Origin: Puccinia triticina
Taxonomy: Eukaryota
Assembly (NCBI GenBank): GCA_026914245.1
Contig: CP110439.1
Location: 6,076,001-6,140,000 of the forward strand
Length of the DNA: 64,000 nt
Direction: 5' to 3'
The notes under the pieces were generated by a model. The model worked only from the letters and a program-made list of their open reading frames with translations, made no database searches and was not told where the DNA came from. Both the position numbers and the translations under genes were made by a program. Below are positions 11,592 through 22,844 of the stretch, in pieces (position 1 is the stretch's first letter; every line of letters begins with the position of its first letter).

Positions 11592-14500
11592 TTAAACCAC
11601 AGGGTTAGACCTCTTCTCACTTCTGAATTTCCTGAGAAGGATAGCAGAGTCTGGGATGTCTTTCTCAAGGAGCCATTCATCATGATCAGCACTCATACCT
11701 TTGTATCTAGCTAAGTACATCATAACATCTCTGTTTTCCACTCTCAATCTCTTGTCTCTGAGAATCTTTTGTATGACTTTACTCTGAGGGGTCTTATCCA
11801 TGGGGGGAATGACAACTTTGACTTTCTGTCTCAAGGGGAACTTGTCTGGATTGGGGTCTTTGTATGGTTTCACCAAGCTGACAGGAAATGTGGGATGTTT
11901 CCTGCTAAACTCTTCAGTCAGTATCACTTCTACAGCATTTTTCCCATGTAAAGCTTTCACAAGGAATGGTCCTGTGAAGGAGTCTCTCATCTTCTTAGGG
12001 CCAGACAGGTTGTTGAAGTTTGCTGTGGATATTAGGACTTTATCACCAACTTTAAAAGATGGTTCTTTGTGACTCTTGTCCCATCTCTCTTTGTTGTAAG
12101 ATGTAGCTTCTGTTATGCAGTGCTCAGCATGTTTTCTGGCTTTCTCAAAGATCTTTCCATAGGCAAGAGCAGTAGGATGAATGTCTACAGAGTCTTGCTT
12201 CAAGAAATTCCTGGGAAGGTTTGGGATCCAGCCTTTTTCTAGGATGGCAGGGGGTTTTCCAGTGGTTGAATGTATGCTGGTGCAATATGCTAGCTCAAGG
12301 ATTGGTAGAAGTGAAACCCAATCATGAGTGTAACCATCATTGTCTTTGAATTCTAGACCATATGCACAAAATCTTCTGATCATATCTTCAAGTGTTTGAA
12401 TCATCCTTTCAGCTAATCCATCAGTCTGGGGGTGGTAAGCAGTGGAGAAGGAGAGTTTTGTTCCTAGCATACTATGCAAACCAGTCCAGAATTCAGATGT
12501 GAACTTAGGGTCTCTATCAGAGATGATGATTCTGGGGATTCCAGTCCTAGGCATTACTCTGTTCCAAAACAGTATGGCAGTGTCCATGGCAGAGTCATCT
12601 TTGAAGCAGGGTACAAATATAGGGGTCTTAGAGTATCTGTCCACTATTACCAGACAAGCATTGAAACTAGCAGCTCCTCCAGGGGACAAGGAAGTCACCC
12701 AATCCATGTTAATAACATCCCATGGTTTTGAAGGTTCCTCAATTTTCATAAGCAGTCCAAATCTTTTGCCTGTGGCTTTATTTGCTTTCTGGCATCTATC
12801 ACAGGAGGAGCAGTATTCACCAGTGTCTTGTTTCCAGTTAGCCCACCAAGCAGTATCAGCTACTTTTTCTAAAGTCCTATCTTCAGAAAGATGACCAGAG
12901 TAGACACTGTCATGGCATTCATGCAAGATGGTGTTGATACTTTCTTTGTCAGCTAGGACTAGGACAGAGTTGTGTTTCTCTCTGAAGTAGATGAGGCCAT
13001 CAAATATGGAGAATCTTCCTTCATCATATAGCTTTCTCCAAGGATCTTGTAAGGAATTTTTTAACTGGGCATCTTTAGCATCTTTCAACAAAAGTTCAGA
13101 CAATATGGTAGTGTTCTTGTCTTGCTTGTAGCCTTCTCTCACTGAGTCAAAGAACTCATTCTTGAAAGTAGAGACATGTATGCCCATGATGGGGAATCTA
13201 TCATCATCCTTGTCTTCTGGGTCATAAGCAGGGTTACTGGGATCATTTGGCAAAGCCCATCTGCTCAGTCCATCAGCATTCTTGTGAATATTCCCATCTC
13301 TGTGGATTATGGTCATATTGCCTCTGTATTCTTGAATAGCAATCTGCCACCTGAGCATATGTCTGTTGGGAGTCTTCATGTTCAATAGTGATCTCAAAGC
13401 TGTGCAGTCTGTTACAACATGAAATACACTGCCATCCAAGTAGTAATGGAGTTTTTCCAGGGCCCAAACCAGACATAAGCATTCAAGTTGACTAGCACCA
13501 TATCTTGTTTCACTGTCCTTCAGTTGTCTGGATATGAAAACAATGGGTCCTTCTTTTCTCACTCCATCAATGACTTGGACTTGATGTAAAGCAGCACCTA
13601 GACCAGTCATACTAGCATCTACATATAGTGTGAAAGGATGGGCCCAGTCAGGAAACAATAGCAATGGAGCTGTGGTCAGTTTCTCTTTTAACAAGTTGTA
13701 GGCTACTATTCTATGATGAGTCATCTCATATATGACATCAATCCTTGTCAGCTCAGTCAGAGGTTTGGCTATCTCTGCAAACTTCTCAATGTGTTGTCTG
13801 TAGTACCCAGCAAAACCAAGAAATGATTGCATTTCTTTCCTACTACTAGGCACAGGTTTTTGGAGGACAGCAGCTACTTTATTCTGGTCTATTCCTATGG
13901 CAATACCAGACACAAGATGGCCTAGAGCTTTGATCTGATCAAATCCAAAGTTACACTTCTTCAAGGAGATTTTCATGTTCATGTTAATGACAACTTTCAG
14001 GATTCTGTCTATCCTATTGAGGTGTTCTTCCCAAGTGTTGGACATAATGATGATATCATCAATGTAGATAATGACCCACTTCTCATCAATTTCTTTTCTG
14101 AACTCAATGTCCATCATTCTCTGGAAATGAGAGGGGGCATTCTTGATCCCAAAGGGCATTCTAAGGTACTCATAGATTCCTTTGTGCATAATAATCCTGA
14201 GTAGATGTCTGGAATCTTCTGCAATGACATTCTGGTGAAAACCTTTGAGTACATCCATGCTAGTCAGATACTTAGCTTTGGCCAGGTTGTTCAGAGTCTC
14301 ACTGATCTTGGGAATGGGATACCTGTCTGAAGCAGTGTATGAATTCAAAGCTCTGAAGTCTCCTACCATTCTGGACTTTCCATTGTGCCAGGCAATGATT
14401 ACAGGAGTAGTGATCTCAACTACTTCATTATGACCAACTTTCCTTAGAACATTCAGGCTTACTAGTTCCTCAATGTGTTGTTCAAGAGCTTCTCTGCTTT

Positions 14501-17500
14501 TGGGGCTGGCAGGATAAGGAGGTCTTCTGAGGAGAGGAGGATAGGGTCTCTCAGTTGTCAATTTGATATGAACTTCATGACCTTTAATGGCACCAAGGGG
14601 CTGGTTGGTATTGGAGAAGGCAAGGTTGTTATTGTGGAGGACTTCAAACAGCTTCTCCTTTTGCTCAATAGTCAACTTATCACTGAACTTGGCTTCACAG
14701 AGTTCTTCTGTAATAAATTTCTGCAGTTGAGGATTGGACTTCTTTACAGCAGAAATTTCATTGGAAGGGCTCATTTTCTCCAGATGATGAGACTTAAAAC
14801 TGAATTTCTTCCTCTTGTTCTCATTTCCAATGGTAAAGAATCTCTCTTTGCTGTTTGTGATGTCAAAGCCATAAAGAGACATGTAATCATTTCCAAGGAT
14901 AAGATAGTCAATTCTTGCATTTTTCATGACTACAAATTCTGCTAGAATTCTGATAGAGCCTTTAGTGTGAGGAAAAATCAAAGCTGTTTCTATTATGCCC
15001 ATTGGTTGTAATTGGTCACTACAGCTGTGAAATTTTGCATGGTTAATTGGCATGAGCTTGTTTTCCCATTCTGGTAATATAGAGTCTAGCAATTTGTTGC
15101 TGATGATTGAGCAAGAAGCTCCACTATCAAGAAGACATGATTGTTCTCTGGATTCAATAAGGACAGTGGTAAGATTTGCTTTTCCAGTAAGATGAGCTTT
15201 TCCTCTATCAGGTTTACATTTCATCAGTCTAGCATCCTCTATGTGGGAAGACTGGCAGGATTTGTCCCATGTCTGGGGTTGATGAGTTTCAGCTTGAATT
15301 TCAGCAATGGAGAAGTCTTGGTTTATCTCACACTCTACAGCATGTGTTCCAAAATCAAAATCAACCAAGGGGTCATAATTGGCACCATTCCCATTGTCCA
15401 TGGCAAGAATCATATGATTGGTTCTATGATTCTCTTCTTCTTCATCTAGTTCTGATTCAGACTTGTGTGGTTCACCTTGATCTTCTCCATTGTCACTCTT
15501 GGGATCATCATCATCATCCATTCCTACATTATTGATCCTGTTCTTCTTCTTAGGGCATTCCCTGGAGAAGTGACCAGTTTGTTTACAGAAATGGCATATA
15601 AGTTTTTCTTTCTCAGGGGCAGAGACAGGATTCTTTTTGGCAGAGGAGTCAGTTGGCTTATCAGTTTTCTCAGGGGCAGGATTGCTTCTCCAGTGGGATC
15701 TGTTTGGAGTGTTATAATTGTTTGTCACAGGCTTGTTCCTTTTCATGACTCTGTCTATGACCTCTTCAGCAATTATAACCATATCCTCAAAACTCATTTC
15801 AGTGGCATCTCTTTTGTATCTGCTTTTAATAGCATGCTCAAGGTTTGGAGGGCATTGCTTTAAGATTTTCTCACAAATAAGGTACTGACTGAGTTCAGGT
15901 TGATAAGCTTTCAGTCTTTCTCTCTGATTACCAAACCATTTATGGATTTTCCTCCCATCATAGGCAAAGTGATCATTCTCAAACTCTTGTTGCATTTTCC
16001 ATTTCCAGTTCTCAGTGCCAAACTTGTTTCTGATGGCATTCTTCCACCAAGCCCAAGATTTGTTTCCATACTGGTCTCTGATGCCTAGGTACCAATTCCT
16101 TGCAGTGTCAGTTAACAAGATTGTTAATCTACTGATTATCATGTTATCCAGCATCAAGTAGTCTCTGACCAGGATATCAGTGTTTTTAATCCAAAGCTCA
16201 TGATTGTAAGGTAATTCTCCAGAGAATTTCTCCCAGTCTCCATTTTTGGGGATACCTTTCCACAGTTCCTTCCTCATTTCAAAGTCTATTGCTCCATGAT
16301 CAATGTAGGGGAATTCCTCTTGGGTCTTAGCCTCAGGAGTATTGCTAGCAGGCTTAGGAAAGTTATCTCTTGGTGGTCTCTGGGGTTCAGGAGTAGGAAC
16401 AGGAGGAGGAGGTCTGTGTTCCTGTTGTTGCTCATGGTGGACATTCTGGAAGGGATTATTGTATAAGAGATGAGGGGGTTGGTCTCTGTCATCTGGTATT
16501 AACACGGAATCCAGCTTTGAGCTCACAGTGTTTACTACAGAAGATATGTCACTGAATCTTCTCTTAGATTGTTCAAATCTGTTGTGCTCATTGGCATGAA
16601 GGTCATTGATCTGATTACCAATGGAAGTAAGATTGTTGCTCACTTTCTCTTCAAAATCTTTCAGATTTTGGCCAATTGTATCCATGTTAGAATGACATTG
16701 TGATTCATTTACCAGAATCAAATCTTGAACTGTCTCAAACTTATCATCTATGTGTTTCTTCAGTTGTTCTAACACATTGTTATTCACTGTGGACTTCTCT
16801 CTGGCACTTTCACCTATGTTATTCAGGATTTGATCAAGCAAAAAGGGAATGAATTCATCTTTAAACAGATCAAGAATTGAATGATTCAGGACATCTTTAA
16901 AATTGCTGACACAAGATTCAAGAAGAGTACCAGGAATGGTTTCAACAGTACCAGATAATTCAGAGAGAAATTTAGAGAACAAGACTTGTAATTTTTCTTC
17001 TAGGAACAAGGGACCATTTCTAGACATTTCAGAGTTAAGGTTATTGAGAAAAAATTCTCTATTTGAAGGATCAGAGAGATTATCAATATCTAAACTGAGG
17101 CCTAGTGGTGAATCACTACTTAAGGAACTTTTGGGTAAAGATTCATCTAGTAAGGGCCTCTCCCTCTGGCTCTCCCGCGTCCATAGATTCTCCTCACTCC
17201 TCGTGTGGCTCTCATCAGGTATTCTCCTATCTCTAGTACTCTCTGAGTGTCGTCCTGGGGGCGTCTCCAGTTCCTCCCTGATCCTCTCCAATTGTCTTGA
17301 GGATGAGGGGGGTTGTGGTCTGCGTATCCTTGCTGCGTGTGAGGATAATGGGGTGGATTGACCCCGCCAGGTTGATAATGAGGGCTGGGGCGGAACAATT
17401 GAACCACCTCTCGCGGTATAGAAGCTGGTATTGGCCTCACTTGGAGCGCTTGCGGCGGCGGCGGCGGCGGTGGTTGCTGCGGCATTTGAGGGCCGTGGTA

Positions 17501-18347
17501 AATCTGACCTTCTGGACGCGGTTGTGGAAGTTCCTGACGGTTGGAAGGGGTAGGACCCTGGAACTCCTGCGTTGGTACTCGGTACTGTAAGCCCGTAGGC
17601 TCCGGAGTCGGCGTGGCTATCATTGGTTGATAGTTGGCGTGTGGCGCTACGGCTAGCTGCGAATGGTGGCGGATTGTTTGATCTGCCGGGTTCTGTTGCG
17701 CTAGAGATTGATTTAATTGATGGAGCTCCTCGTTGGGGATCCATTCTTGGCATAGACGGATAGCGTCTGCTCTCCCAACCAGCTCTATAATCATTTCTTG
17801 CGTCATCGAAGCTTGGGAGAGGAGTCTCTTCATCGAGGCCGTGTTCTGTGCCTCTCTCGCTCGGACAAACATGTCGAATTGATCGTTGAAGAGGTTGATG
17901 AGGCCTGTCAGCTCCATTTCTTCTGGGATCAGATCCATCGGGCCGGAAGACTCTTCCCGTCGTGGGTTCTGAATGGGCGGAAGGAGGGCTAAACTGGGGG
18001 AGGCATTCGGCCTCATACCCTCGGGGTTGGTAGGCTGGGAGGGCGGTTGATCCTTCTGAGGATAATTCGCCGTAGGGATCATTTGTTCCCTGTCTACTGG
18101 GCGCGGTACCGGCGTGGACCTGTTCGAGGCTAGAGCTATTGATGTCTCTCTCGCCTGGTATAGCGCCGGAGGGATCCCTGTGTCTGGGGGAAGCGGCTCC
18201 TCCTCCGGGAACTTGAGGAAATCCTCTTGGAGCGGCGGCAATGCTGACTCTAGCTCTTCGAAGCCTTTCCTCGGCGGCTGGACTGAGGCGGTAGCGGAGG
18301 CGCTGTTCTGCTGAGAGGTCTCTGCCATTTCTAAGGTGAGGAGGCAT
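11592..18347 (-). CDS. Gag-Pol polyprotein, single uninterrupted ORF
   Basis: Zinc knuckle [14 protein letters not shown], protease LLDSGAS, RT YIDD, RNase H (YVDAS), integrase HHCC plus DDE core, and a C-terminal chromodomain (YLARYKG...DEWL). The first ATG is at 18347. Confidence 0.97.
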   Translation of the reverse strand: MPPHLRNGRDLSAEQRLRYRLSPAAEERLRRARVSIAAAPRGFPQVPGGGAASPRHRDPSGAIPGERDINSSSLEQVHAGTAPSRQGTNDPYGELSSEGSTALPAYQPRGYEAECLPQFSPPSAHSEPTTGRVFRPDGSDPRRNGADRPHQPLQRSIRHVCPSERGTEHGLDEETPLPSFDDARNDYRAGWESRRYPSMPRMDPQRGAPSIKSISSATEPGRSNNPPPFAASRSATRQLSTNDSHADSGAYGLTVPSTNAGVPGSYPFQPSGTSTTASRRSDLPRPSNAAATTAAAAAASAPSEANTSFYTARGGSIVPPQPSLSTWRGQSTPLSSHAARIRRPQPPSSSRQLERIREELETPPGRHSESTRDRRIPDESHTRSEENLWTRESQRERPLLDESLPKSSLSSDSPLGLSLDIDNLSDPSNREFFLNNLNSEMSRNGPLFLEEKLQVLFSKFLSELSGTVETIPGTLLESCVSNFKDVLNHSILDLFKDEFIPFLLDQILNNIGESAREKSTVNNNVLEQLKKHIDDKFETVQDLILVNESQCHSNMDTIGQNLKDFEEKVSNNLTSIGNQINDLHANEHNRFEQSKRRFSDISSVVNTVSSKLDSVLIPDDRDQPPHLLYNNPFQNVHHEQQQEHRPPPPVPTPEPQRPPRDNFPKPASNTPEAKTQEEFPYIDHGAIDFEMRKELWKGIPKNGDWEKFSGELPYNHELWIKNTDILVRDYLMLDNMIISRLTILLTDTARNWYLGIRDQYGNKSWAWWKNAIRNKFGTENWKWKMQQEFENDHFAYDGRKIHKWFGNQRERLKAYQPELSQYLICEKILKQCPPNLEHAIKSRYKRDATEMSFEDMVIIAEEVIDRVMKRNKPVTNNYNTPNRSHWRSNPAPEKTDKPTDSSAKKNPVSAPEKEKLICHFCKQTGHFSRECPKKKNRINNVGMDDDDDPKSDNGEDQGEPHKSESELDEEEENHRTNHMILAMDNGNGANYDPLVDFDFGTHAVECEINQDFSIAEIQAETHQPQTWDKSCQSSHIEDARLMKCKPDRGKAHLTGKANLTTVLIESREQSCLLDSGASCSIISNKLLDSILPEWENKLMPINHAKFHSCSDQLQPMGIIETALIFPHTKGSIRILAEFVVMKNARIDYLILGNDYMSLYGFDITNSKERFFTIGNENKRKKFSFKSHHLEKMSPSNEISAVKKSNPQLQKFITEELCEAKFSDKLTIEQKEKLFEVLHNNNLAFSNTNQPLGAIKGHEVHIKLTTERPYPPLLRRPPYPASPKSREALEQHIEELVSLNVLRKVGHNEVVEITTPVIIAWHNGKSRMVGDFRALNSYTASDRYPIPKISETLNNLAKAKYLTSMDVLKGFHQNVIAEDSRHLLRIIMHKGIYEYLRMPFGIKNAPSHFQRMMDIEFRKEIDEKWVIIYIDDIIIMSNTWEEHLNRIDRILKVVINMNMKISLKKCNFGFDQIKALGHLVSGIAIGIDQNKVAAVLQKPVPSSRKEMQSFLGFAGYYRQHIEKFAEIAKPLTELTRIDVIYEMTHHRIVAYNLLKEKLTTAPLLLFPDWAHPFTLYVDASMTGLGAALHQVQVIDGVRKEGPIVFISRQLKDSETRYGASQLECLCLVWALEKLHYYLDGSVFHVVTDCTALRSLLNMKTPNRHMLRWQIAIQEYRGNMTIIHRDGNIHKNADGLSRWALPNDPSNPAYDPEDKDDDRFPIMGIHVSTFKNEFFDSVREGYKQDKNTTILSELLLKDAKDAQLKNSLQDPWRKLYDEGRFSIFDGLIYFREKHNSVLVLADKESINTILHECHDSVYSGHLSEDRTLEKVADTAWWANWKQDTGEYCSSCDRCQKANKATGKRFGLLMKIEEPSKPWDVINMDWVTSLSPGGAASFNACLVIVDRYSKTPIFVPCFKDDSAMDTAILFWNRVMPRTGIPRIIISDRDPKFTSEFWTGLHSMLGTKLSFSTAYHPQTDGLAERMIQTLEDMIRRFCAYGLEFKDNDGYTHDWVSLLPILELAYCTSIHSTTGKPPAILEKGWIPNLPRNFLKQDSVDIHPTALAYGKIFEKARKHAEHCITEATSYNKERWDKSHKEPSFKVGDKVLISTANFNNLSGPKKMRDSFTGPFLVKALHGKNAVEVILTEEFSRKHPTFPVSLVKPYKDPNPDKFPLRQKVKVVIPPMDKTPQSKVIQKILRDKRLRVENRDVMMYLARYKGMSADHDEWLLEKDIPDSAILLRKFRSEKRSNPVV
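17147..18328 (-). CDS. Overprinted 393-aa accessory ORF of the Gypsy element (+1 frame)
   Basis: ATG-initiated and open for 393 codons entirely within the gag-pol ORF. It has a helical-looking core, a Q/P-rich region and an RG-rich tail. Confidence 0.6.
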   Translation of the reverse strand: MAETSQQNSASATASVQPPRKGFEELESALPPLQEDFLKFPEEEPLPPDTGIPPALYQARETSIALASNRSTPVPRPVDREQMIPTANYPQKDQPPSQPTNPEGMRPNASPSLALLPPIQNPRREESSGPMDLIPEEMELTGLINLFNDQFDMFVRAREAQNTASMKRLLSQASMTQEMIIELVGRADAIRLCQEWIPNEELHQLNQSLAQQNPADQTIRHHSQLAVAPHANYQPMIATPTPEPTGLQYRVPTQEFQGPTPSNRQELPQPRPEGQIYHGPQMPQQPPPPPPPQALQVRPIPASIPREVVQLFRPSPHYQPGGVNPPHYPHTQQGYADHNPPHPQDNWRGSGRNWRRPQDDTQRVLEIGEYLMRATRGVRRIYGRGRARGRGPY

Positions 18348-20183
18348 GGTGAGCACGTGTAGGAAAGTTGGTAGTCGAGTAGGAAAAGAAGAATAAGGAT
18401 TTTTTAAAGGTTAAGTACCTGAGGATTTAGCTTTAGCAGAAATTCTCTTGCTTTTCCGCGTAGTAGAAGAGGTTTTTTTCTTATTTTCCTTTGCGCTTGA
18501 CTTCGCTGAGGAATTAGAGTTCCACTCGGCTATATTGACGGGAGCAACAGTCTTCTTTCGACGAGTTTTTTGTGCTCTTGCAGTAGCAATAGGGGTCCAC
18601 GACGAACTACTGATAAGATTGCCGTTGCGCGGGTTTGTCACTATTCTATTGTCGTAGTTTTCGTCTTCTGCGCTAGTCTGCGCCGTTCAAAATTTTTTTA
18701 CGGTCAACTGCGGTAATTGTAGATAAGAAGCAGGAGAATCTTTTGAGCGTACTCCGTTTTTCACTATCTCCTCTTGATTCGAAGATATGGAGGGTTCTGG
18801 GGAGGATAAGTCCGACGAAGGGATGAATAGCGGCGCGGAGGAGTCGCAATTCTGCACTTTCACGAGTACACAGGACGTAAAAAAAATTTTTCAAGGGTTC
18901 AGTTAGGAATTTTATCAATATAAGAGCAATTTGGGATAATTTTAGAAGATTTTCAGCGTTAGTAGGATATGTAGAAAAATTTTTTAAGTGATTTTTCGAA
19001 TTTTTAAGAGTTTTTTGTTTGATTTAGTCAGGAGGATCAGTCCTTTGGCTTTATAGCAGTCTAGAATTATGAAAAGGTGAGTAATTTTCCCGATGAGGCC
19101 CCCAATTGTGAGCCTGAGTCTCTATAGTGACAGCAGGACACAAGAAATGGGGGACAACAGTTTGATTTCTTGGGATAAAGAAAATACAACTGTAAGAGAA
19201 AAAGAGAAAGAGAGAGAAAGAAACCAAGCAGGATAAGATAGAAGAGAAGTACTAGGTTATTCTAGTGGGAATGCACGTCCACTGGCAATGCTACTCTTCA
19301 GAAGAGTGCTGCTAATCTGTGCTAGAAGTGCTACAGCTTCCTCTCAGGAGGGTATCTGGATTAGATAAGTTTAATCCAGCCACAGTTTTTTAGACTTCTC
19401 TCTGGACAGTCAAGGTTCTTAATGGGAAACCTGAGGGACAGCCCTGCAACCTAGATTTTGAGGCAAAGGCCAAGTGATTATAAGGGACAGCCCTGTGATC
19501 AAGATAGAGGCAAAGGCCTGTAGAATAGAAGGGACAGCCCTGTGATCAAGGAGGAGGCAAAGCAAGAAGAAAAGGCAGATCAAACAAGACACAGAGTTGT
19601 ACCTCTGAGATAATCAAGGTTCAGTGAAAGAGGTTACTTACTGTCAATATCCTAGGCGCCTGTGACGGTAGGTATACTGGGAGTAGAGTAGGCTCTTTGG
19701 TGGTGATCCTGGGGTTATCTGGGTGGTGGTTCTGGTGTGCTGAAGTCTGTGGATCCGCCTCAGGCAAGGGGGATTCTGACTACGAAAATTTTCACAGTTT
19801 GCTTATGTAATTTACATATGTACATGTGGTTTGGCGCGCCAGGTAGTGCTCACACGTCACAACTGCGCAAGCGCGCCACAACTCAGTAACTCAGGGAAGG
19901 AGTATAGTTACAATGAATTGATAAGTTGTAACTAGGGTCAAAATTGCATGAGGAAACAGAATCTGAAGTCAAAACAAGGTTATCTCTTAAGATGAAAAAG
20001 ATATAAAGTAATTTATATGTAACAAAGGTAGAACAGGCAGCTTTTAGGTCAGCTGTGATGACTCTAAGGCTGACACCATTTGTCTTGTAGATTTATCCTC
20101 TTCACAACTTTGCCCTGACTGTTTTGGGCAATTGTTTCCTCCAGGTAGCATGCATTCATCACACTACCATCATGTCCCTGTCC

Positions 20184-20561
20184 TAGAGATGGCAAACAGG
20201 TACCTGTCTGATTTCAATGAAACCGCTTCTTGAGTGCTTGTGATCAAATAAATTCAATATGTAACACTTCCATGAGATGAAGAACTACTTGAACTTGAGC
20301 AGGACACTCAGCTAACTGCATGGTAAGGCACACATACAAGGCCAGATGGCAAATAGCCCACAGGTACCTCCTGGCAGGTACCTGTGAGCTATTTGCCATC
20401 TGCACTTGTATGTGTGCCTTACCATGCAGTTAGCTGAGTGTCCTACTCAAGTTCAAGTAGTTCTTCATCTCATGGAAGTGTTACATATTGAATTTATTTG
20501 ATCACAAGCACTCAAGAAGTGGTTTCATTGAAATCAGACAGGTACCTGTTTGCCATCTCCA
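20184..20561. mobile_element. hAT-type hairpin MITE
   Basis: TIR TAGAGATGGCAAAC / GTTTGCCATCTCCA, 8-bp TSD CCCTGTCC, near-perfect 378-bp palindrome. Confidence 0.88.
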
Positions 20562-20619
20562 CCCTGTCCATTGTGCAACAAAATAGGGTTGATTGCTTTT
20601 ATCATATGGTAATTATTAG

Positions 20620-22014
20620 CACCAGGTGTAAGATAAGAATGGTGCTCTTTTGACCTGCTGCATCCAGAACAATCAAAATTATCATCATTTTGGAGTGGCA
20701 AAAATGGTGTTCATATGTGTTGCAAATCACCAAAAAAACATGTGTTCCGGGAGTTTCAAGCTGGGCACAAGTCAACTACGGTGGCAGCAGGGAAAAAGGG
20801 ATCAGCTCTGTATCCCCCAGGCTCCCCGGGGAGGGTGTTTTTTTTGCTATGTCCACCATCATGCTTGGCCAAACATCAGGGTGGACATTGGCGAGTTGCT
20901 TGTTTACACGGGCTCGATGACCCTTGTTTGCTGGTCATTGAGCTCGGAAAGCCCCAACTCAATGAACAGTACACTAAATACTGTTCATTCAGCTTGGCTT
21001 TTCCGAGCTTGGTGGACAGTATTATTAGACTGCCCACCAAGCTCAGAAAGGCCCAGATCAATGGCCAATAGGTGCTGGTCATTGGACTAGGGCTTCTCCG
21101 ACTGGATGGCCAACACAAACTGGCCATTGAGTTTGGAGAGGCCGCACTTGACAGGCATCATACCCTGGTAATTGATCCGCAGCCTCTCTGAGCTCTAATC
21201 TGATGACCAGTACATACTTCTCATCCAGTGACGCCAAGAAGCCCTAGCTCAATGACCAGCACATGCTGGTCCTCTAGTCAGCCTTTCCAAGCGTGGTAGG
21301 CAGTTTGCACTGGCCACTCAGCTTGGAAAAGTGCAGCAGGATGAACAGTACATACTTTCCATCAAGCCAGGACTTTCCTTGCGCTATGTACAGTACGTAC
21401 GGTCCTTCAAGCTGGGAGAGGCCCGGCTCAATTACCAACATGCAGTACTGGTCACTGATCTGGGATTTTCCCAGCCAGCTAGTGACCTGTGATCAAGTGG
21501 AGGGTGTCTCCAATCAATGGCTGGTAGAACCAGTCACCAAGTAAGGAACCCCTCCACTCAACAGCCACTACACACATCAGTCATTGAGTGGAGAATCCCT
21601 CCACTCAATGACATTAAAAACCAGTCATTGAGTGGAGGATGTCTCCACTTGGTGGCTGGTAATTTAGATATGGTCATTGAGTGTATACAACCTCCAATCA
21701 ATGGTTGTCCAACATTCATCAAGTGGAGGGAATCTTCACTCAATGACTTTAAACCCCATTCATTGAGTGGAGGGGGTCTCAACTTGATTTGTGAAACACA
21801 CCACTAAGTGTAGAATACCAGGGTGTACCAGGCCTCAACTCAATTACCAACATTTTTGCCATGGAGTGGATCAAAGATCAGCCTGAGTTGAACATAAGGT
21901 CAAAATATTTGAATCCTGAATGCCACATGCTCACACATTTGACATCAGACAGTCTTCCCAAAGGAACATATGGTTTGGCACTCTCCAGGGAGTGCCGCAC
22001 TTTCCCTCCTGGTG
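20620..22014. mobile_element. CACCAG...CTGGTG-bounded repeat-array element (CMC/CACTA-like, tentative)
   Basis: CACCAGG at 20620 and CCTGGTG at 22014, a subterminal GGCACTCTCCAGGGAGTGCC palindrome, and many (A)CTCAATGACC/GGTCATTGAG units. No TSD was confirmed. Confidence 0.4.
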
Positions 22015-22844
22015 AAAGTCCCTCAGTTGTACTTTCTCACCAGCTAAATTCCCTCAAAGCTGCTCCCCTGCAGCTAAATTCCCTCAAAGCTTCTCCCCTG
22101 CAGCTAAATTCCCTCATCTTTGTCTATATAAGGAGGCCTCTGCCTGCCAGTTGTTTTATCCTCATCCCATCAGGGGACATTCCCCCTCAGATCCTCATGC
22201 CATCCGGCGGTCTATATTCCCGACTCACTTATCACCACTCATATTATCCTCTATTTACATCACAGTTAGAAGTTCATATCACCACTCAGTATCACATACC
22301 TTTCACACTTTATTTGAAATTTATATCACCGCTCAGTCACACACCTTTCACCAGTAACCAGTCCCCGGTTCCACTCCTGGTTGAGCTTAGCTCCCTCTCA
22401 TCCTCATCAATCCTCACTTTCTGAACTTTTATACCCCCAGGCCAAGGACCTAGGTTCAAGCCCCACTTGAGACATCAAGTAACCGTCACCTATCTCATAC
22501 ATCAGTAACCCCATCAACCTTGGACATTGACAACAATCCTCTTATATATCTCATCTTTGAACATATCCAATCACAAAATAAATTGCCAAGCTTACCTTGG
22601 TGGTCTTGTTTTCTGATATACAGAAAGGCAGAGCTTGCACCTCATCCATACCTTTCGCCATTCAGAAAAAGGGTCTCACGACACCTTTTGATGCGCGCTC
22701 AACGCTGTTGTAAATCAACCACCCTCATACCTCATCGCTCAAAGATCCCCCCACTCTTTCCAAGACCATCCCCAGAGGGCATCCCCTAAACAACTTTTCC
22801 CCTTCAACAACTGCCGCCGCCTGGCACGGACGGAGTTCCACACC

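Larger units (their letters stand above)
10586..20075 (-). mobile_element. Complete Ty3/Gypsy chromodomain LTR retrotransposon
   Basis: 969-bp LTRs at 10586-11554 and 19107-20075 (TG...CA; one difference seen by eye). 5-bp TSD CCATT. PBS TGGGGGCCTCATCGGG (tRNA-Pro-like) next to the 5' LTR, and a purine-rich tract GGTGGTAGGGAA before the 3' LTR. Confidence 0.98.

Noticed and set aside
11769..18314. Plus-strand ORFs within the Gypsy
   Set aside because: These are short antisense shadows of the gag-pol ORF.
18411..18880. Basic upstream reading frame in the Gypsy leader, interrupted by one TGA
   Set aside because: No ATG start and no homology recognised, so it cannot be supported from a single copy.
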